Assembly: GCA_965220745.1 (NCBI GenBank)
Contig: CBDCQT010000013.1
Location: 960,001-1,024,000, forward strand
From: Alphaproteobacteria bacterium
GTDB lineage: Bacteria > Pseudomonadota > Alphaproteobacteria > UBA828
Length of the DNA stretch: 64,000 nt
Direction: 5' to 3'
Shown here in pieces: positions 47,767 through 58,402 of the stretch. A program made the position numbers and the translations under genes. The notes under the pieces were generated by a model that did not search any database, was not told the origin of the DNA, and saw only the letters and a program-made list of their open reading frames with translations. Position 1 is the first letter of the stretch. Each line of letters starts with the position of its first letter.

Positions 47767-49275
47767 ATGGCCTATCGATCGCTGCGCGACTTCATCGCCC
47801 GCCTGGAGAGCGCGGGCCGCCTCAACCGGGTTTCGGCGCCGGTCTCGCCCCACCTGGAGATGACTGAGATCCAGACCCGCCTGATCGCGGACGAAGGGCC
47901 GGCGGTGCTGTTCGAGAACGTCGTCGGCGAGGACGACGCGCGCCACGACATGCCGGTGCTGGTTAACCTGTTCGGCACGGTGGAGCGGGTCGCCTGGGGC
48001 ATGAACCGGGAGCCCGGCGGGCTGCGCGAGGTGGGCGAGATGCTGGCCTTCCTGCGCCAGCCGGAGCCGCCGAGTGGCTGGCGCGAGGCGGTGGAGATGC
48101 TGCCGCTGCTCAACACGGTGCGCGCCATGAAGCCCCGCACCGTGGGCGGCGGGCCGGTGCAGGAGGTGGTGCTCACCGGCGAGGACATCGACCTCGGCCG
48201 GCTGCCGATCCAGACCTGCTGGCCGGGGGAGCCCGCGCCGCTCATCACCTGGCCGCTGGTGGTGACGAAGGGGCCGAGCCGGTCGCGCATCGACAACTAC
48301 AACCTCGGCATCTACCGGATGCAGGTGACCGGCCGCGACACCACGCTGATGCGCTGGCTCGCGCACCGGGGCGGCGCCCAGCAGCACCGGCGCTGGGGGC
48401 AGGAGAAGCGCGAGCCGCTGCCGGCAGCGGCGGTGATCGGCGCGGACCCCGGCACGATCCTCGCGGCGGTGACGCCGGTGCCGGATACGCTCTCGGAGTA
48501 TCAGTTCGCGGGCCTCCTGCGCGGCCAGAAGGTGGAGCTGGTGCAGGCCAAGACGGTGCCGCTCGAGGTGCCGGCCGAAGCCGAGATCGTCATCGAGGGC
48601 CATGTCAGCCTCGACGACTATCGGGACGAAGGCCCTTACGGCGATCATACAGGCTACTACAACGCGGTCGAGCCGTTCCCGGTGTTCACTGTCTCCGCCA
48701 TCACCATGCGGCGCGATCCGATCTACCTCTCGACCTATACCGGGCGCCCGCCGGACGAACCGAGCATCCTGGGCGAGGCGCTGAACGAGGTGTTCATTCC
48801 GCTGCTGGTCCAGCAGTTCCCGGAGATCGTGGATTTCTGGCTGCCGCCCGAGGGCTGCAGCTACCGCATCGCCGTGGTCTCCATCAGGAAGTCCTACGCG
48901 GGCCACGCCAAGCGGGTGATGATGGCCGTCTGGTCCTATCTGCGGCAGTTCATGTATACGAAATGGGTGATCGTGGTGGACGACGACATCGACGCGCGCG
49001 ACTGGAAGGACGTGATGTGGGCGGTTTCCACCCGCATGGACCCGGCGCGCGACATCACCATCGCCGAGAACACGCCCATCGACTATCTCGACTTCGCGAG
49101 CCCGGAGCCGGGGCTCGGCGCCAAGGTCGGCCTGGATGCGACCACCAAGATCGGGCCCGAGACCAGCCGGACCTGGGGCACGCGCATTCGCATGGCGGAC
49201 GAGATCGTGGAGCGGGTGACGGGCAAGTGGGACTCTTACGGGCTGCCGGGCTCGGGCAAGCCGATCTGGCGGTAG
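47767..49275 (+). CDS. ubiD: UbiD-family (3-polyprenyl-4-hydroxybenzoate) decarboxylase
   Basis: [51 protein letters not shown]. Confidence 0.94.
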   Translation: MAYRSLRDFIARLESAGRLNRVSAPVSPHLEMTEIQTRLIADEGPAVLFENVVGEDDARHDMPVLVNLFGTVERVAWGMNREPGGLREVGEMLAFLRQPEPPSGWREAVEMLPLLNTVRAMKPRTVGGGPVQEVVLTGEDIDLGRLPIQTCWPGEPAPLITWPLVVTKGPSRSRIDNYNLGIYRMQVTGRDTTLMRWLAHRGGAQQHRRWGQEKREPLPAAAVIGADPGTILAAVTPVPDTLSEYQFAGLLRGQKVELVQAKTVPLEVPAEAEIVIEGHVSLDDYRDEGPYGDHTGYYNAVEPFPVFTVSAITMRRDPIYLSTYTGRPPDEPSILGEALNEVFIPLLVQQFPEIVDFWLPPEGCSYRIAVVSIRKSYAGHAKRVMMAVWSYLRQFMYTKWVIVVDDDIDARDWKDVMWAVSTRMDPARDITIAENTPIDYLDFASPEPGLGAKVGLDATTKIGPETSRTWGTRIRMADEIVERVTGKWDSYGLPGSGKPIWR

Positions 49276-49300
49276 TTCGCACACATACGGGGAATACGGC

Positions 49301-50251
49301 ATGACAGGGAAAACCGCGTTCGTCACGGGCGCATCGGGCTTCATCGGCACCAACCTGGTGAAGCAGCTGGGCGAGGCCGGCTGGTCGGTGATCGCGATGC
49401 ACCGCGAGACCTCGGACCTCACCTACCTGAGCCGGTTTCCGGCATCGCTGGTGGTGGGCGACATCGGGGACCGGGATTTTCTCGAGAGCGCGATTCCCGA
49501 TGGCGTGGATGCCTTGTTCCACGTGGCCGGCAACGTGAGTTTCGATTCCGCCGGAGACGAGGCCCAGACCCATGCGAACGTGGCGGGCACGCGCGCCATC
49601 GTCGAGGCGGCGAAGGCCAGGAACGTCGGGCGCTTCATCCATACGTCCACGGGCGCGACGTGGGGTCTTCACGACGGCATGCCCATCGACGAGACCGCGC
49701 CGTCGAACGCCGACGAGCTGCCGGTCAACTATTGCCGCACCAAGAAGGCCGCCGAGGACATCGTGCTGGAGGCAGTGGCCAATGGCCTCGATGCCGTCTG
49801 CGTCAACCCCGGCAACGTGGTCGGTCCCTACGATCGGGTGATCTGGGGTCCCTTCGTGCAGGCCATCGCGAGCGGCGCCATGACCACCGTGGGCGTCGGC
49901 GGCGGCTCCTTCTGCCACATCGACGAGACCGCGAAGGCGCATATCAGCGCCTACGAGCGGGGGAGGAGAGGGGACCGCTATATCCTCGGCGGCGCCAACG
50001 AGAAGTTCGCCACCGCAGCCGGCATCGTGGCCGAGATCGTCGGCGTCGAGCCGCCACGGGCGACGAACGAGCGCAATCCCGACGCGAGCGACGAGATCCA
50101 CTTCGTCACGAACCTGGACCAGATCATGCTGTGCGACAAGGCGATACGGGAGCTCGGCTTCAAGCCGGTCCCGCTCCGCACCATGTTCGAGGATCTCTGC
50201 GCCTGGATGCGCGAGGAGGGGATGTTGCCCGCTGCCCCGGCCAGCGCCTGA
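49301..50251 (+). CDS. extended-SDR NAD-dependent epimerase/dehydratase (HpnA/DFR-like)
   Basis: TGASGFIG, HVAG, NV.GT, YCRTK, NPGNVVGP.D. Confidence 0.8.
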   Translation: MTGKTAFVTGASGFIGTNLVKQLGEAGWSVIAMHRETSDLTYLSRFPASLVVGDIGDRDFLESAIPDGVDALFHVAGNVSFDSAGDEAQTHANVAGTRAIVEAAKARNVGRFIHTSTGATWGLHDGMPIDETAPSNADELPVNYCRTKKAAEDIVLEAVANGLDAVCVNPGNVVGPYDRVIWGPFVQAIASGAMTTVGVGGGSFCHIDETAKAHISAYERGRRGDRYILGGANEKFATAAGIVAEIVGVEPPRATNERNPDASDEIHFVTNLDQIMLCDKAIRELGFKPVPLRTMFEDLCAWMREEGMLPAAPASA

Positions 50252-50260
50252 GCAAGTTCC

Positions 50261-50392
50261 TTACGGAACGATGCCGCCGGCCGAGAGGCCCGCGAGGACG
50301 CCGATGATGAGGACGGCGAGGCCGAGCCCCACCACATAAGGGATTCGTGCCCGCGTCAGCTCCTCGAGCGAGGGGCCGTGCTCGTCGCTCAT
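50261..50392 (-). CDS. 43-aa single-TM small protein
   Basis: MSDEHGPSLEELTRARIPYVVGLGLAVLIIGVLAGLSAGGIVP; GAGGAG upstream; GC3-rich codons. Confidence 0.6.
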   Translation of the reverse strand: MSDEHGPSLEELTRARIPYVVGLGLAVLIIGVLAGLSAGGIVP

Positions 50393-50480
50393 CGACGTCC
50401 ACTCCTCTGGTTAGTGCATCGCGACTCTTCAGGGTCGCGACGCCGGAAGATGCCTCAACCGGCGCCGCGTTTCCAGTCCC

Positions 50481-51275
50481 TTACTCGGCGGCCTGATGCA
50501 GCGTCGGCGCCGGGGTCAGCGGCTCCAGCGTATAGCCGTGTTCCGAGAGGGTCGCGCCGATGGTGGTGGCGAGATCGACCGCGTTCGGTCCGTCGCCGTG
50601 CAGGCAGATGCTGCGCGCCGAGATCGGCACCCGCGCGCCGTCGATGCTGAGGGTGTTGCCGGTCTCCAGGAAGAGCCCGAGCTTGTGCCGGGTGTCGTCC
50701 AAGTCCGCTCCTTCGTTGGAGCGCTTGAGCACCAGCGTGCCGTCATCGTCGTAGGGCAGGTCGAAGTAGAGCTCGCCCACCACGTCGATGCCCATGCCGG
50801 CGGCGATCTTGGTGACCGCGTGGCGCTCCACCGGCGCGGGGTAGTACATCATCGGCTCCGGACAGAGATCGATCACCGCTCGGGCGAAGGCCTCACCGAG
50901 CGCCTCGTCGTCGTTGAGCATGCGATAGAGGGCGCCGTGCGGCTTGACGTGGTGGAGCGCCATGCCGTTGGCCTCCAGCGCCGATTTCAGCGCGCCGGTC
51001 TGGTAGATCACGTAGGCGTAGAGCTCGTCCGGCGTGATCGCCATGACCCGGCGGCCGAAGCCCATGAGGTCCGGTAGTCCCGGATGGGAGCCCACGGCCA
51101 CGCCGTTCTCCTTGGCGAGCGCGATGGTCTTCATCATGGTCATGGGGTCGCCGGCATGGAAGCCGCAGGCGACGTTCGCGGTGGTGATGTGGGGCATGAG
51201 CGCCTCGTCCGCCCCCATGACCCAATTGCCGAAGCTCTCGCCGCAATCGATGTTGATGTCGAAGGTGCCGGCCAT
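50481..51275 (-). CDS. pxpA: 5-oxoprolinase subunit A (LamB/YcsF)
   Basis: DIN.DCGESFG, ANVACGFHAGDP, GFGRR, HVKPHGALY, SICLHGD. Confidence 0.9.
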   Translation of the reverse strand: MAGTFDINIDCGESFGNWVMGADEALMPHITTANVACGFHAGDPMTMMKTIALAKENGVAVGSHPGLPDLMGFGRRVMAITPDELYAYVIYQTGALKSALEANGMALHHVKPHGALYRMLNDDEALGEAFARAVIDLCPEPMMYYPAPVERHAVTKIAAGMGIDVVGELYFDLPYDDDGTLVLKRSNEGADLDDTRHKLGLFLETGNTLSIDGARVPISARSICLHGDGPNAVDLATTIGATLSEHGYTLEPLTPAPTLHQAAE

Positions 51276-51426
51276 GCCTCGATCTCCTCGTCAGGCGTGT
51301 GTCTCGCGCCATCATGCCTTGGTCCCGCGCCAGCGGGAAGAGTGAAGGGTGCCGCCGGTCGAGGCTGGCAGCCAGCGGCGGTTCTTGCTACAAGGCGCCG
51401 TTCTCCCCGGATCATCGGTCTGCGAC

Positions 51427-52044
51427 ATGAGTCAGCCTGCGCGCACGGCCCGCGTCGAGCGGGTCACCAAGGAGACGAGCATTACCGTCGCGGTCGATCT
51501 CGACGGCAGCGGGCGCTCGCGCATCGCCACGGGGATCGGCTTCCTCGATCACATGCTGGAGCAGCTCTCGCGCCACAGCCTGATCGATATCGAGTGCCAG
51601 GCGAAGGGCGATATCGATGTGACGCTGCATCACACGGTCGAGGACACCGGGATCACCATCGGCGAGGCCGTGAGCAAGGCCCTCGGCGAGCGGCGCGGCA
51701 TCCGGCGCTACGGCAGCGCCGTGATCCCCATGGACGAGGCCTGCGCCAGGGTCTCGCTGGATGCGAGCAACCGGCCCTACCTGATCTGGCGGGTCACGTT
51801 CCAGAGGCCGCGCCTCGACGGCATGGACACCGAGCACTTCAAGGAGTGGTTTCAGGCGTTTGCGCAGGCGGCGGGGCTCACGCTCCACGTCGAGGTCATG
51901 TACGGGGAGAATAGCCACCACATGATCGAGGCCTGCTACAAGGGCCTGGCGCGGGCGCTGCGCCAGGCGATCGAGCCCGACCCGCGCATGGCGGGCGAGG
52001 TGCCGTCCACCAAGGGCGTGCTCGGCGGCAGCCTGGAGGCTTGA
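51427..52044 (+). CDS. hisB: imidazoleglycerol-phosphate dehydratase
   Basis: [35 protein letters not shown]. Confidence 0.96.
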   Translation: MSQPARTARVERVTKETSITVAVDLDGSGRSRIATGIGFLDHMLEQLSRHSLIDIECQAKGDIDVTLHHTVEDTGITIGEAVSKALGERRGIRRYGSAVIPMDEACARVSLDASNRPYLIWRVTFQRPRLDGMDTEHFKEWFQAFAQAAGLTLHVEVMYGENSHHMIEACYKGLARALRQAIEPDPRMAGEVPSTKGVLGGSLEA

Positions 52045-52047
52045 GAC

Positions 52048-52524
52048 GTGCGCTTCTACACGGTCCACATTCCGGCTGGCGGCAGCGGCGGGGACGACGG
52101 CGCGCTGGGCCGCGCCGTGCTCGTGCGCGAAGGCTTCAACTGGCTCGCGTTCTTCTTCGCGCCGTTCTGGGCGCTTGCGGAGGGGCTGTGGCTTGCCGCC
52201 CCGGTGCTGATCGTGGCGCTCGGGGCGATCGTCGCGGTGCCCCTGGTGCTGGGCCTCGGGCCGGTTCTGCCGGTGGTGCTCGGCCTCGGCTACGCCGTGC
52301 TCGCCGGCATGTCGGCGAACGACCTGCGCCGGGCCGGGCTGGCCGCGCGGGGCTATCGGCTGGCCGAGGTGGTGGCGGCGCCGAGCCGCGCGCAAGCGCT
52401 CATCCGCTACGCCGAGGCCATGACTCCGGCGCCGGCTTCGCGGCCGGCAGCGGCGGCCGCAAGCGCAGCAGCACCGTCGCCCTGGTCGCGCGGTCTCGAC
52501 CCGAACCCCGGCTTCTGGAGCTGA
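52048..52524 (+). CDS. DUF2628 membrane protein
   Basis: YTVH, VREGFNWLAF, AN.LRR..L..RGY; lies between hisB and hisH. Confidence 0.8.
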   Translation: MRFYTVHIPAGGSGGDDGALGRAVLVREGFNWLAFFFAPFWALAEGLWLAAPVLIVALGAIVAVPLVLGLGPVLPVVLGLGYAVLAGMSANDLRRAGLAARGYRLAEVVAAPSRAQALIRYAEAMTPAPASRPAAAAASAAAPSPWSRGLDPNPGFWS

Positions 52525-52530
52525 CGCGCC

Positions 52531-53163
52531 GTGACCACCGCGATCATCGACTATGGCTCGGGCAATCTGCGCTCCGCCGCCAAGGCCTTCGAGCGGGCCA
52601 CGCCGGCCGAGCCGGTGCTGGTGACCGACGATCCCGACCGGGTGCGGGACGCCGAGCGCATCGTGCTGCCGGGCGTTGGTGCCTTCGCCGACTGCAAGGC
52701 CGGGCTTGCCGCCCGCGAAGGCATGATCGAGGCGCTGGAGGACGCGGTGCTGCGCCGGGGCGTGCCCTTTCTCGGCATCTGCGTCGGCATGCAGCTCATG
52801 GCGCGCGTGGGCCACGAGCACGGCGAGCACGAGGGGCTCGGCTGGATCGACGGCGAGGTGGCGCCGCTCACGCCGGGCGACGAGGCGCTGAAGGTCCCGC
52901 ACATGGGCTGGAACGATCTCGCCCTGGAAGGCGAGACGCATCCGGTCCTGAAGGGCTTGCCGGGCGATGCCCACGCCTACTTCGTGCACAGCTACGGGCT
53001 GACCTGCCGCAAGCCCGACGACGTGTTCGCCACCGTGGACTATGGCGGCCCGGTCACCGCGGTCGCGGGCCGCGACAACATGGTGGGCACGCAATTTCAT
53101 CCCGAGAAGAGCCAAGAGGTGGGCCTGACCGTGATCGGTAACTTCCTTCGGTGGCAGCCATGA
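52531..53163 (+). CDS. hisH: imidazole glycerol phosphate synthase glutaminase subunit
   Basis: DYGSGNL, LPGVG, GICVGMQ, PHMGWN, YFVHSY, QFHPEKS. Confidence 0.97.
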   Translation: MTTAIIDYGSGNLRSAAKAFERATPAEPVLVTDDPDRVRDAERIVLPGVGAFADCKAGLAAREGMIEALEDAVLRRGVPFLGICVGMQLMARVGHEHGEHEGLGWIDGEVAPLTPGDEALKVPHMGWNDLALEGETHPVLKGLPGDAHAYFVHSYGLTCRKPDDVFATVDYGGPVTAVAGRDNMVGTQFHPEKSQEVGLTVIGNFLRWQP

Positions 53164-53732
53164 GCCAGCTCGCGACGGTCGGTCCCAGAATCGAGGTCGG
53201 CACGGTCGAGCGGCTGCGCAAGCGGGAGCTTGCGGAGCTTTGCGAGGCCGCCGCCGCCGCCATCAACGACGGCGCCGGCTTCGGCTGGGTGCGCCCGCCA
53301 CAGCCGGCGGCCTTCGAGCGCTACTGGCGGGGCGTCACCGTGGTGCCGGAGCGGATCCTCTTCATCGGCCGCATGGACGGCGTGGTGGCGGGGTCGGTCC
53401 AGCTCGTGTCGGCGCCGCCCCAGAAAGAGGCCTGGCGCCTCTCCTGCCTCATCGACACGCACTTCGTGGCACCCTGGGCGCGCGGGCACGGCCTGGCCCG
53501 GATGCTGCTGGAGGCGGCCGAGGCGGAAGCGCGCGCACGCGGCTACAAGGTGGTGAACCTGAGTGTGCGCGAAACCCAGGAAGCCGCCATCGCGCTCTAC
53601 GAATCTTTGGGTTTCGAGCGCTGGGGCACGCATCCCAAGTACGCGTTCGTGGATGGCGAGCCGATCGCCGGCCATTACTACTGCAAGGACCTGACCGATC
53701 TGACGGACCGGCCGCCGGACGCGGCGCCGTGA
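53160..53732 (+). CDS. GNAT N-acetyltransferase
   Basis: [22 protein letters not shown]. Confidence 0.88.
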   Translation: MSQLATVGPRIEVGTVERLRKRELAELCEAAAAAINDGAGFGWVRPPQPAAFERYWRGVTVVPERILFIGRMDGVVAGSVQLVSAPPQKEAWRLSCLIDTHFVAPWARGHGLARMLLEAAEAEARARGYKVVNLSVRETQEAAIALYESLGFERWGTHPKYAFVDGEPIAGHYYCKDLTDLTDRPPDAAP

Positions 53733-54454
53733 TCCTTTTCCCTGCGATCGACCTCAAGGACGGCGCTTGCGTCAGGCTCGTGCAGGGCGACATGGCGCGG
53801 GCCACAGTCTTCTCCGACGACCCGCCGGCGCAGGCGCGGGCCTTCGAGGCGGCGGGCTTTGCCTGGCTTCACATCGTCGATCTCGACGGCGCGTTCGCGG
53901 GCAAGCCGGTCAACGCCGATGCGGTCGGGGCGATCGTCGACGCGGTCGATCTCCCAGTGCAGCTCGGCGGCGGCATCAGGGACATGGCGACCATCGAGGG
54001 TTGGCTGGAGCGCGGCGTGCACCGGGTGATCCTGGGCACCGTGGCGGTGCGCGATCCCGACCTGGTGCGCGATGCCTGCCGGGCCTACCCCGGCCGGGTC
54101 GCGGTCGGCATCGACGCACGCGACGGGCGGGTCGCGGTGGAAGGCTGGGCCGAGACGGTGGACATGGAGGCGCTGGAGCTGGCGCGGCGGTTCGAGGATG
54201 CGGGTGCTGCCGCGATCATCCACACCGACATCGCGCGCGACGGGGCGCTGGAGGGCGTTGCCGCCGCGACAACCGGGGCGCTGGCGCGGGCGCTGGAAAC
54301 GCCGGTCATTGCGTCCGGCGGCGTCGCCTCTCACGCCGACCTCGAAGCGCTCAAGCCGTACGAGGCGGACGGGGTCTGCGGCGTGATCTGCGGCCGGGCG
54401 CTCTACGACGGGCGCATCGACCCGGCGCAGGCGCTCGCGCTGCTCGCCGCCTGA
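53729..54454 (+). CDS. hisA: ProFAR isomerase
   Basis: [41 protein letters not shown]; GTG overlaps the GNAT stop. Confidence 0.96.
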   Translation: MILFPAIDLKDGACVRLVQGDMARATVFSDDPPAQARAFEAAGFAWLHIVDLDGAFAGKPVNADAVGAIVDAVDLPVQLGGGIRDMATIEGWLERGVHRVILGTVAVRDPDLVRDACRAYPGRVAVGIDARDGRVAVEGWAETVDMEALELARRFEDAGAAAIIHTDIARDGALEGVAAATTGALARALETPVIASGGVASHADLEALKPYEADGVCGVICGRALYDGRIDPAQALALLAA

Positions 54455-54478
54455 ACGCGCCGGTCGCGGCCCCGCGCC

Positions 54479-55234
54479 ATGCTCAAGATGCGCGTCATCC
54501 CGTGCCTCGACGTTCACGCCGGGCGGGTGGTGAAGGGCGTGAACTTCGTCGATCTGGTGGACGCCGGAGACCCGGTGGAGCAGGCCCGGATTTACGACGA
54601 GCAGGGGGCGGACGAGCTCTGCTTCCTCGATATCACCGCCTCCCACGAGCAACGCGACACCATCTACGACGTCGTTGCCGGCACCGCCGAGGTCTGCTTC
54701 ATGCCGCTCACCGTCGGCGGTGGGGTGCGCGCCATCGAGGACGTCCGCGCGCTGCTGCTGGCGGGCGCCGACAAGGTCTCGATCAACACCGCCGCAGTGC
54801 ACAACCCGGCCTTCGTCGCGGAAGCGGCAGAAAAATTCGGCACCCAATGCATCGTCGTCGCCATTGACGCCAAGCGGGTCGCGGGCGGGTTCGAGATCTT
54901 CACTCACGGCGGGCGCAAGCCGACGGGGATCGAGGCCATCGGATGGGCCAGGCGCATGGCGGACGCGGGCGCGGGCGAAATCCTGCTGACCTCGATGGAC
55001 CGGGACGGCACCCGCGTGGGCTTTGATCTCGAACTGACGCGCGCCGTGGCGGACGCGATCACGATTCCGGTGATCGCGTCGGGCGGCGTCGGTACCCTCG
55101 ATCACCTGGTGGAGGGCATCCGCGACGGCCACGCGACGGCGGTGCTGGCGGCCTCCATCTTCCATTTCGGCGAGCACTCCATCGGCGAGGCGAAGGCGCA
55201 CATGCGCGCCGCCGGCATCCCCATGCGGCCATGA
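54479..55234 (+). CDS. hisF: imidazole glycerol phosphate synthase cyclase subunit
   Basis: [42 protein letters not shown]. Confidence 0.97.
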   Translation: MLKMRVIPCLDVHAGRVVKGVNFVDLVDAGDPVEQARIYDEQGADELCFLDITASHEQRDTIYDVVAGTAEVCFMPLTVGGGVRAIEDVRALLLAGADKVSINTAAVHNPAFVAEAAEKFGTQCIVVAIDAKRVAGGFEIFTHGGRKPTGIEAIGWARRMADAGAGEILLTSMDRDGTRVGFDLELTRAVADAITIPVIASGGVGTLDHLVEGIRDGHATAVLAASIFHFGEHSIGEAKAHMRAAGIPMRP

Positions 55235-55286
55235 CGGCGCCGGTGAATTCTGATACCCAACGCGCGGAGCGAGACGGGGCGGCAGG

Positions 55287-55634
55287 ATGAAGAGTGCGCA
55301 GGCCGGCAGCGTCATCGAAGAGCTGTACGGCGTCATCGAGAAACGCAAGGGCGGCGACCCGGAGACCTCCTACGTCGCGCGCACCTTCGCGCGCGGCCGG
55401 GAGCACGTGGCGAAGAAGGTGGGGGAGGAAGGCGTCGAGGTGGCGCTCGCCGGTGCGCTCGGCGACAAGAAGGGCATCGTCTCCGAGAGCGCGGACCTGC
55501 TGTTCCATCTTCTAGTCCTGTGGTCGGCCGCAGGCGTCAAGCCGGCCGACGTGTTCGACGAACTCTCGAAGAGGCGCGGCGTCTCGGGGCTGGCGCGCGA
55601 GGCGAGCAAAGGCAAGTCCGGGGACGAGCGATGA
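55287..55634 (+). CDS. hisE: phosphoribosyl-ATP pyrophosphatase
   Basis: SYVA, KKVGEE.VE, ESADLLFH. Confidence 0.94.
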   Translation: MKSAQAGSVIEELYGVIEKRKGGDPETSYVARTFARGREHVAKKVGEEGVEVALAGALGDKKGIVSESADLLFHLLVLWSAAGVKPADVFDELSKRRGVSGLAREASKGKSGDER

Positions 55635-55993
55635 GCTACGACGACAGCAACATATTCGCCAGGATCCTGCGCGGCGAGATTCCGAACGATACCGTCTACG
55701 AGGATGATGCCGTTCTCGCCTTTCGCGACATTTCGCCGCAGGCGCCGGTGCACGTGCTGGTGATCCCCAAGGGTGCTTACGTCTCGCTCGACGACTTCAC
55801 CCAGAAGGCCTCGGCCGAGGAGGTGGGGCGCTTTTTCAAGACGGTGGGCGAGATCGCCCGCTCGCTCGGGCTTGAGCAGGACGGTTTCCGCACCATCGCC
55901 AACACCGGCGTCAACGGCGGTCAGGAAGTGCCGCACTTCCACGTTCACCTTTGTGGCGGCCGGCGCCTCGGGCGCATGATCGCCAAGGCCTGA
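55631..55993 (+). CDS. histidine triad (HIT) nucleotide-binding protein
   Basis: IFARI.RGEIP, AFRDI.PQAP.H, GQEVPHFHVH. Confidence 0.94.
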   Translation: MSYDDSNIFARILRGEIPNDTVYEDDAVLAFRDISPQAPVHVLVIPKGAYVSLDDFTQKASAEEVGRFFKTVGEIARSLGLEQDGFRTIANTGVNGGQEVPHFHVHLCGGRRLGRMIAKA

Positions 55994-56026
55994 TCGCGGC
56001 CGGGCGGTCTCGGTCGGCGCCTCCCG

Positions 56027-57547
56027 TTATCCGTAAGGGCCGATTCGGCGATAGGAGAGCGCCTCGGCGATATGCCGGCGCGCGACGGTCTCGGCGCTGC
56101 CCAAGTCCGCAATCGTGCGCGCGACCTTGAGCACGCGGTGGTGGCCGCGCGCCGAAAGCCTGAGCCGGTCGGTCGCCTCGGCGAGCAATTCCCGCCCGCC
56201 CTCGTCGGGCGCGGCAATTCGGGTGAGCAGCTCGCCCTCGGCCTCGGCATTGGTGCGGATGTCCGGCGGCGCGTCCAGCGTGCGAAAGCGGGCAAGCTGG
56301 GCCGCGCGGGCGGCCGCGACCCGAGCCGCGACTTCGGTCGAGCCTTCTGCGGGCGGCGGCAGTGTCAGATCGGCGGCCGAAAGCTCCGGCACCTCGACAT
56401 GGAGGTCGATCCGGTCATAGAGCGGGCCCGAGATGCGCGCCTGGTAGTCCTGCGCGCAGCGCGGCGCACGGGTGCAGGCGCGCGCCGGGTCGGAGAGGTA
56501 ACCGCAGCGGCACGGGTTCATCGCGGCGACGAGCTGGAAGCGCGCGGGATAGCGCACGTGGGCGTTGGCGCGGGCCACCGCCACGGCGCCGCTCTCGATG
56601 GGCTGGCGCAGCGCGTCGAGCACGGGGCGGGGGAACTCGGGCAGCTCGTCCAGGAACAGGACCCCGAGATGGGCGAGCGAGACCTCGCCAGGGCTGGCAC
56701 GGACGCCGCCGCCCACCATCGCCGCCATCGAGGCCGAGTGGTGCGGATCGCGGAAGGGCCGGCTGCGGGTCAGCCCGTTTTCTCCAAGGACGCCCGCGAC
56801 CGAGGCGATCATGCTGACGCTCAACGCCTCCTCGGGCGCGAGCGGCGGGAGGATGCCGGGCAGGCGCGAGGCCAGCATCGACTTGCCGGTGCCGGGCGGG
56901 CCGATCATGAGCAGATTGTGGCCGCCGGCAGCGGCCACTTCGAGGGCACGCTTGGCGGTCTCCTGCCCCTTGATGTCGCGGAGGTCGGAATAGCGCGGGG
57001 GCGCGGCGAGTGCCGCCGCCTTGGGCGGTGCCTGCAGCTGCGTTCCCTTGAAGTGGTTGATGAGCGCCAGCAGGTCAGCAGGCGCCACGACCTCGCCACC
57101 ACCGGCCCAGGCGGCCTCCGTGCCGTTGGCCGCCGGGCAGATCAGCCCGCGCTCGCGCGCGTTTGCGCCGATGGCGGCCGGCAGAACGCCCGCCACTGGT
57201 ATCAGCGCGCCGTCGAGACCGAGCTCACCGAGCGCGACATAGGTGCCGAGATCCTCCGCCGACAGCACTTCCATCGCCATCAGCAGCCCGAGCGCAATCG
57301 GCAAATCGAAGTGGCTGCCTTCCTTCTGCATGTCCGCCGGCGCGAGGTTCACGATGATCCGCCTTGCCGGCAGCGCGAGCCCGAGACCGGCGAGCGCGCC
57401 GCGCACCCGCTCCCGGCTTTCCGCCACCGCCTTGTCAGGGAGACCAACCACCATGAACGCGGGCATGCCCCCGCCGATATGTACCTGCACGTCGACCGGC
57501 AACGCCTCGATGCCCTGGAAGGCGACGGTCTCGACGTGGGCAACCAT
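56027..57547 (-). CDS. comM: YifB/ComM Mg-chelatase-like AAA+ ATPase
   Basis: VGLPD.AV.ESRERV, NLAPAD..KEG, GPPGTGKS, FLDELPEF, AAMNPC.CG. Confidence 0.93.
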   Translation of the reverse strand: MVAHVETVAFQGIEALPVDVQVHIGGGMPAFMVVGLPDKAVAESRERVRGALAGLGLALPARRIIVNLAPADMQKEGSHFDLPIALGLLMAMEVLSAEDLGTYVALGELGLDGALIPVAGVLPAAIGANARERGLICPAANGTEAAWAGGGEVVAPADLLALINHFKGTQLQAPPKAAALAAPPRYSDLRDIKGQETAKRALEVAAAGGHNLLMIGPPGTGKSMLASRLPGILPPLAPEEALSVSMIASVAGVLGENGLTRSRPFRDPHHSASMAAMVGGGVRASPGEVSLAHLGVLFLDELPEFPRPVLDALRQPIESGAVAVARANAHVRYPARFQLVAAMNPCRCGYLSDPARACTRAPRCAQDYQARISGPLYDRIDLHVEVPELSAADLTLPPPAEGSTEVAARVAAARAAQLARFRTLDAPPDIRTNAEAEGELLTRIAAPDEGGRELLAEATDRLRLSARGHHRVLKVARTIADLGSAETVARRHIAEALSYRRIGPYG

Positions 57548-57700
57548 GGGGCAACTCTGGACTGACCCACCCGCTCGATGACTAGCGGGCGCACATGCTC
57601 GTCCGGTTTCATATCAGAATCGGTATGATCGCGCAGCCTCCACGGAAGGCGGGTGTGTTCGATGCTGGTCCGGCGGCGGGGCGGGGGCTATGCTCGCGCC

Positions 57701-58402
57701 ATGCCCGGGACCGTCGAACGCTGGGGCGCAAGCACCGATCTCGCCGTGCTGGACCGGCTGGTGCCGGTGCACGGTCATTCGCTCATCGATGTCGGTTGCG
57801 GCGGCGGCGCGCTGGCCCGTGCGCTGGCCGAGCGCGGCGCCACGGTGCTGGGCGTCGAGCCGGACCCGGTTCAGGCGAAGCGCAATCGCGAGGCCCCGGA
57901 GACCGAGGCCGTGACCTTCGTCGAGGGGCGGGCCGAGTTGCTTCCGGCCGACGACGGTTCGGTCGACGGGGTGATCTTCGGGCGCTCCCTGCATCACGTG
58001 CCGCAAGCCGCCATGCGCCCCGCGCTCACCGAGGCGCTCCGCGTGCTCGCGCCGGGCGGCTTCGTCTACGTGATGGAGCCGGTGATGGAGGGGCCGTTCT
58101 CGGCGGTCATCAAGCCCTTCCACGACGAGACCGAGGTCCGCGCCCAGGCGCGCGAGGCGGTGTGCGAGGCGGAGCCCCTCTTCGCCCGCGCGCGCGAGGT
58201 CCACTACGACATCGAGCGCCGATTCGAGAGCCACGACGAGTTCGTCGAGCTCTTCTCCGGCCTCTCCTACAACAGCTATGGCGCCGATGCGGTGCGGAGC
58301 GAGACCGTGAAGCGCCTGTTCGAGGCCGGCCGCACGGACGCCGGCGATTACGCCTTCGTGCAACCGATGCGGGTCGACCTGCTCTTCGCCGACTCCGAAT
58401 GA
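57701..58402 (+). CDS. class I SAM-dependent methyltransferase
   Basis: IDVGCGGG, GRAE.LP, SLHHV, RVLAPGG; TATGCT 6 nt before the ATG (possibly leaderless). Confidence 0.87.
   Translation: MPGTVERWGASTDLAVLDRLVPVHGHSLIDVGCGGGALARALAERGATVLGVEPDPVQAKRNREAPETEAVTFVEGRAELLPADDGSVDGVIFGRSLHHVPQAAMRPALTEALRVLAPGGFVYVMEPVMEGPFSAVIKPFHDETEVRAQAREAVCEAEPLFARAREVHYDIERRFESHDEFVELFSGLSYNSYGADAVRSETVKRLFEAGRTDAGDYAFVQPMRVDLLFADSE

Noticed and set aside
52048-53732. DUF2628 and GNAT genes inside the his operon as a novelty
   Set aside because: To my knowledge this is a recurrent alphaproteobacterial arrangement.
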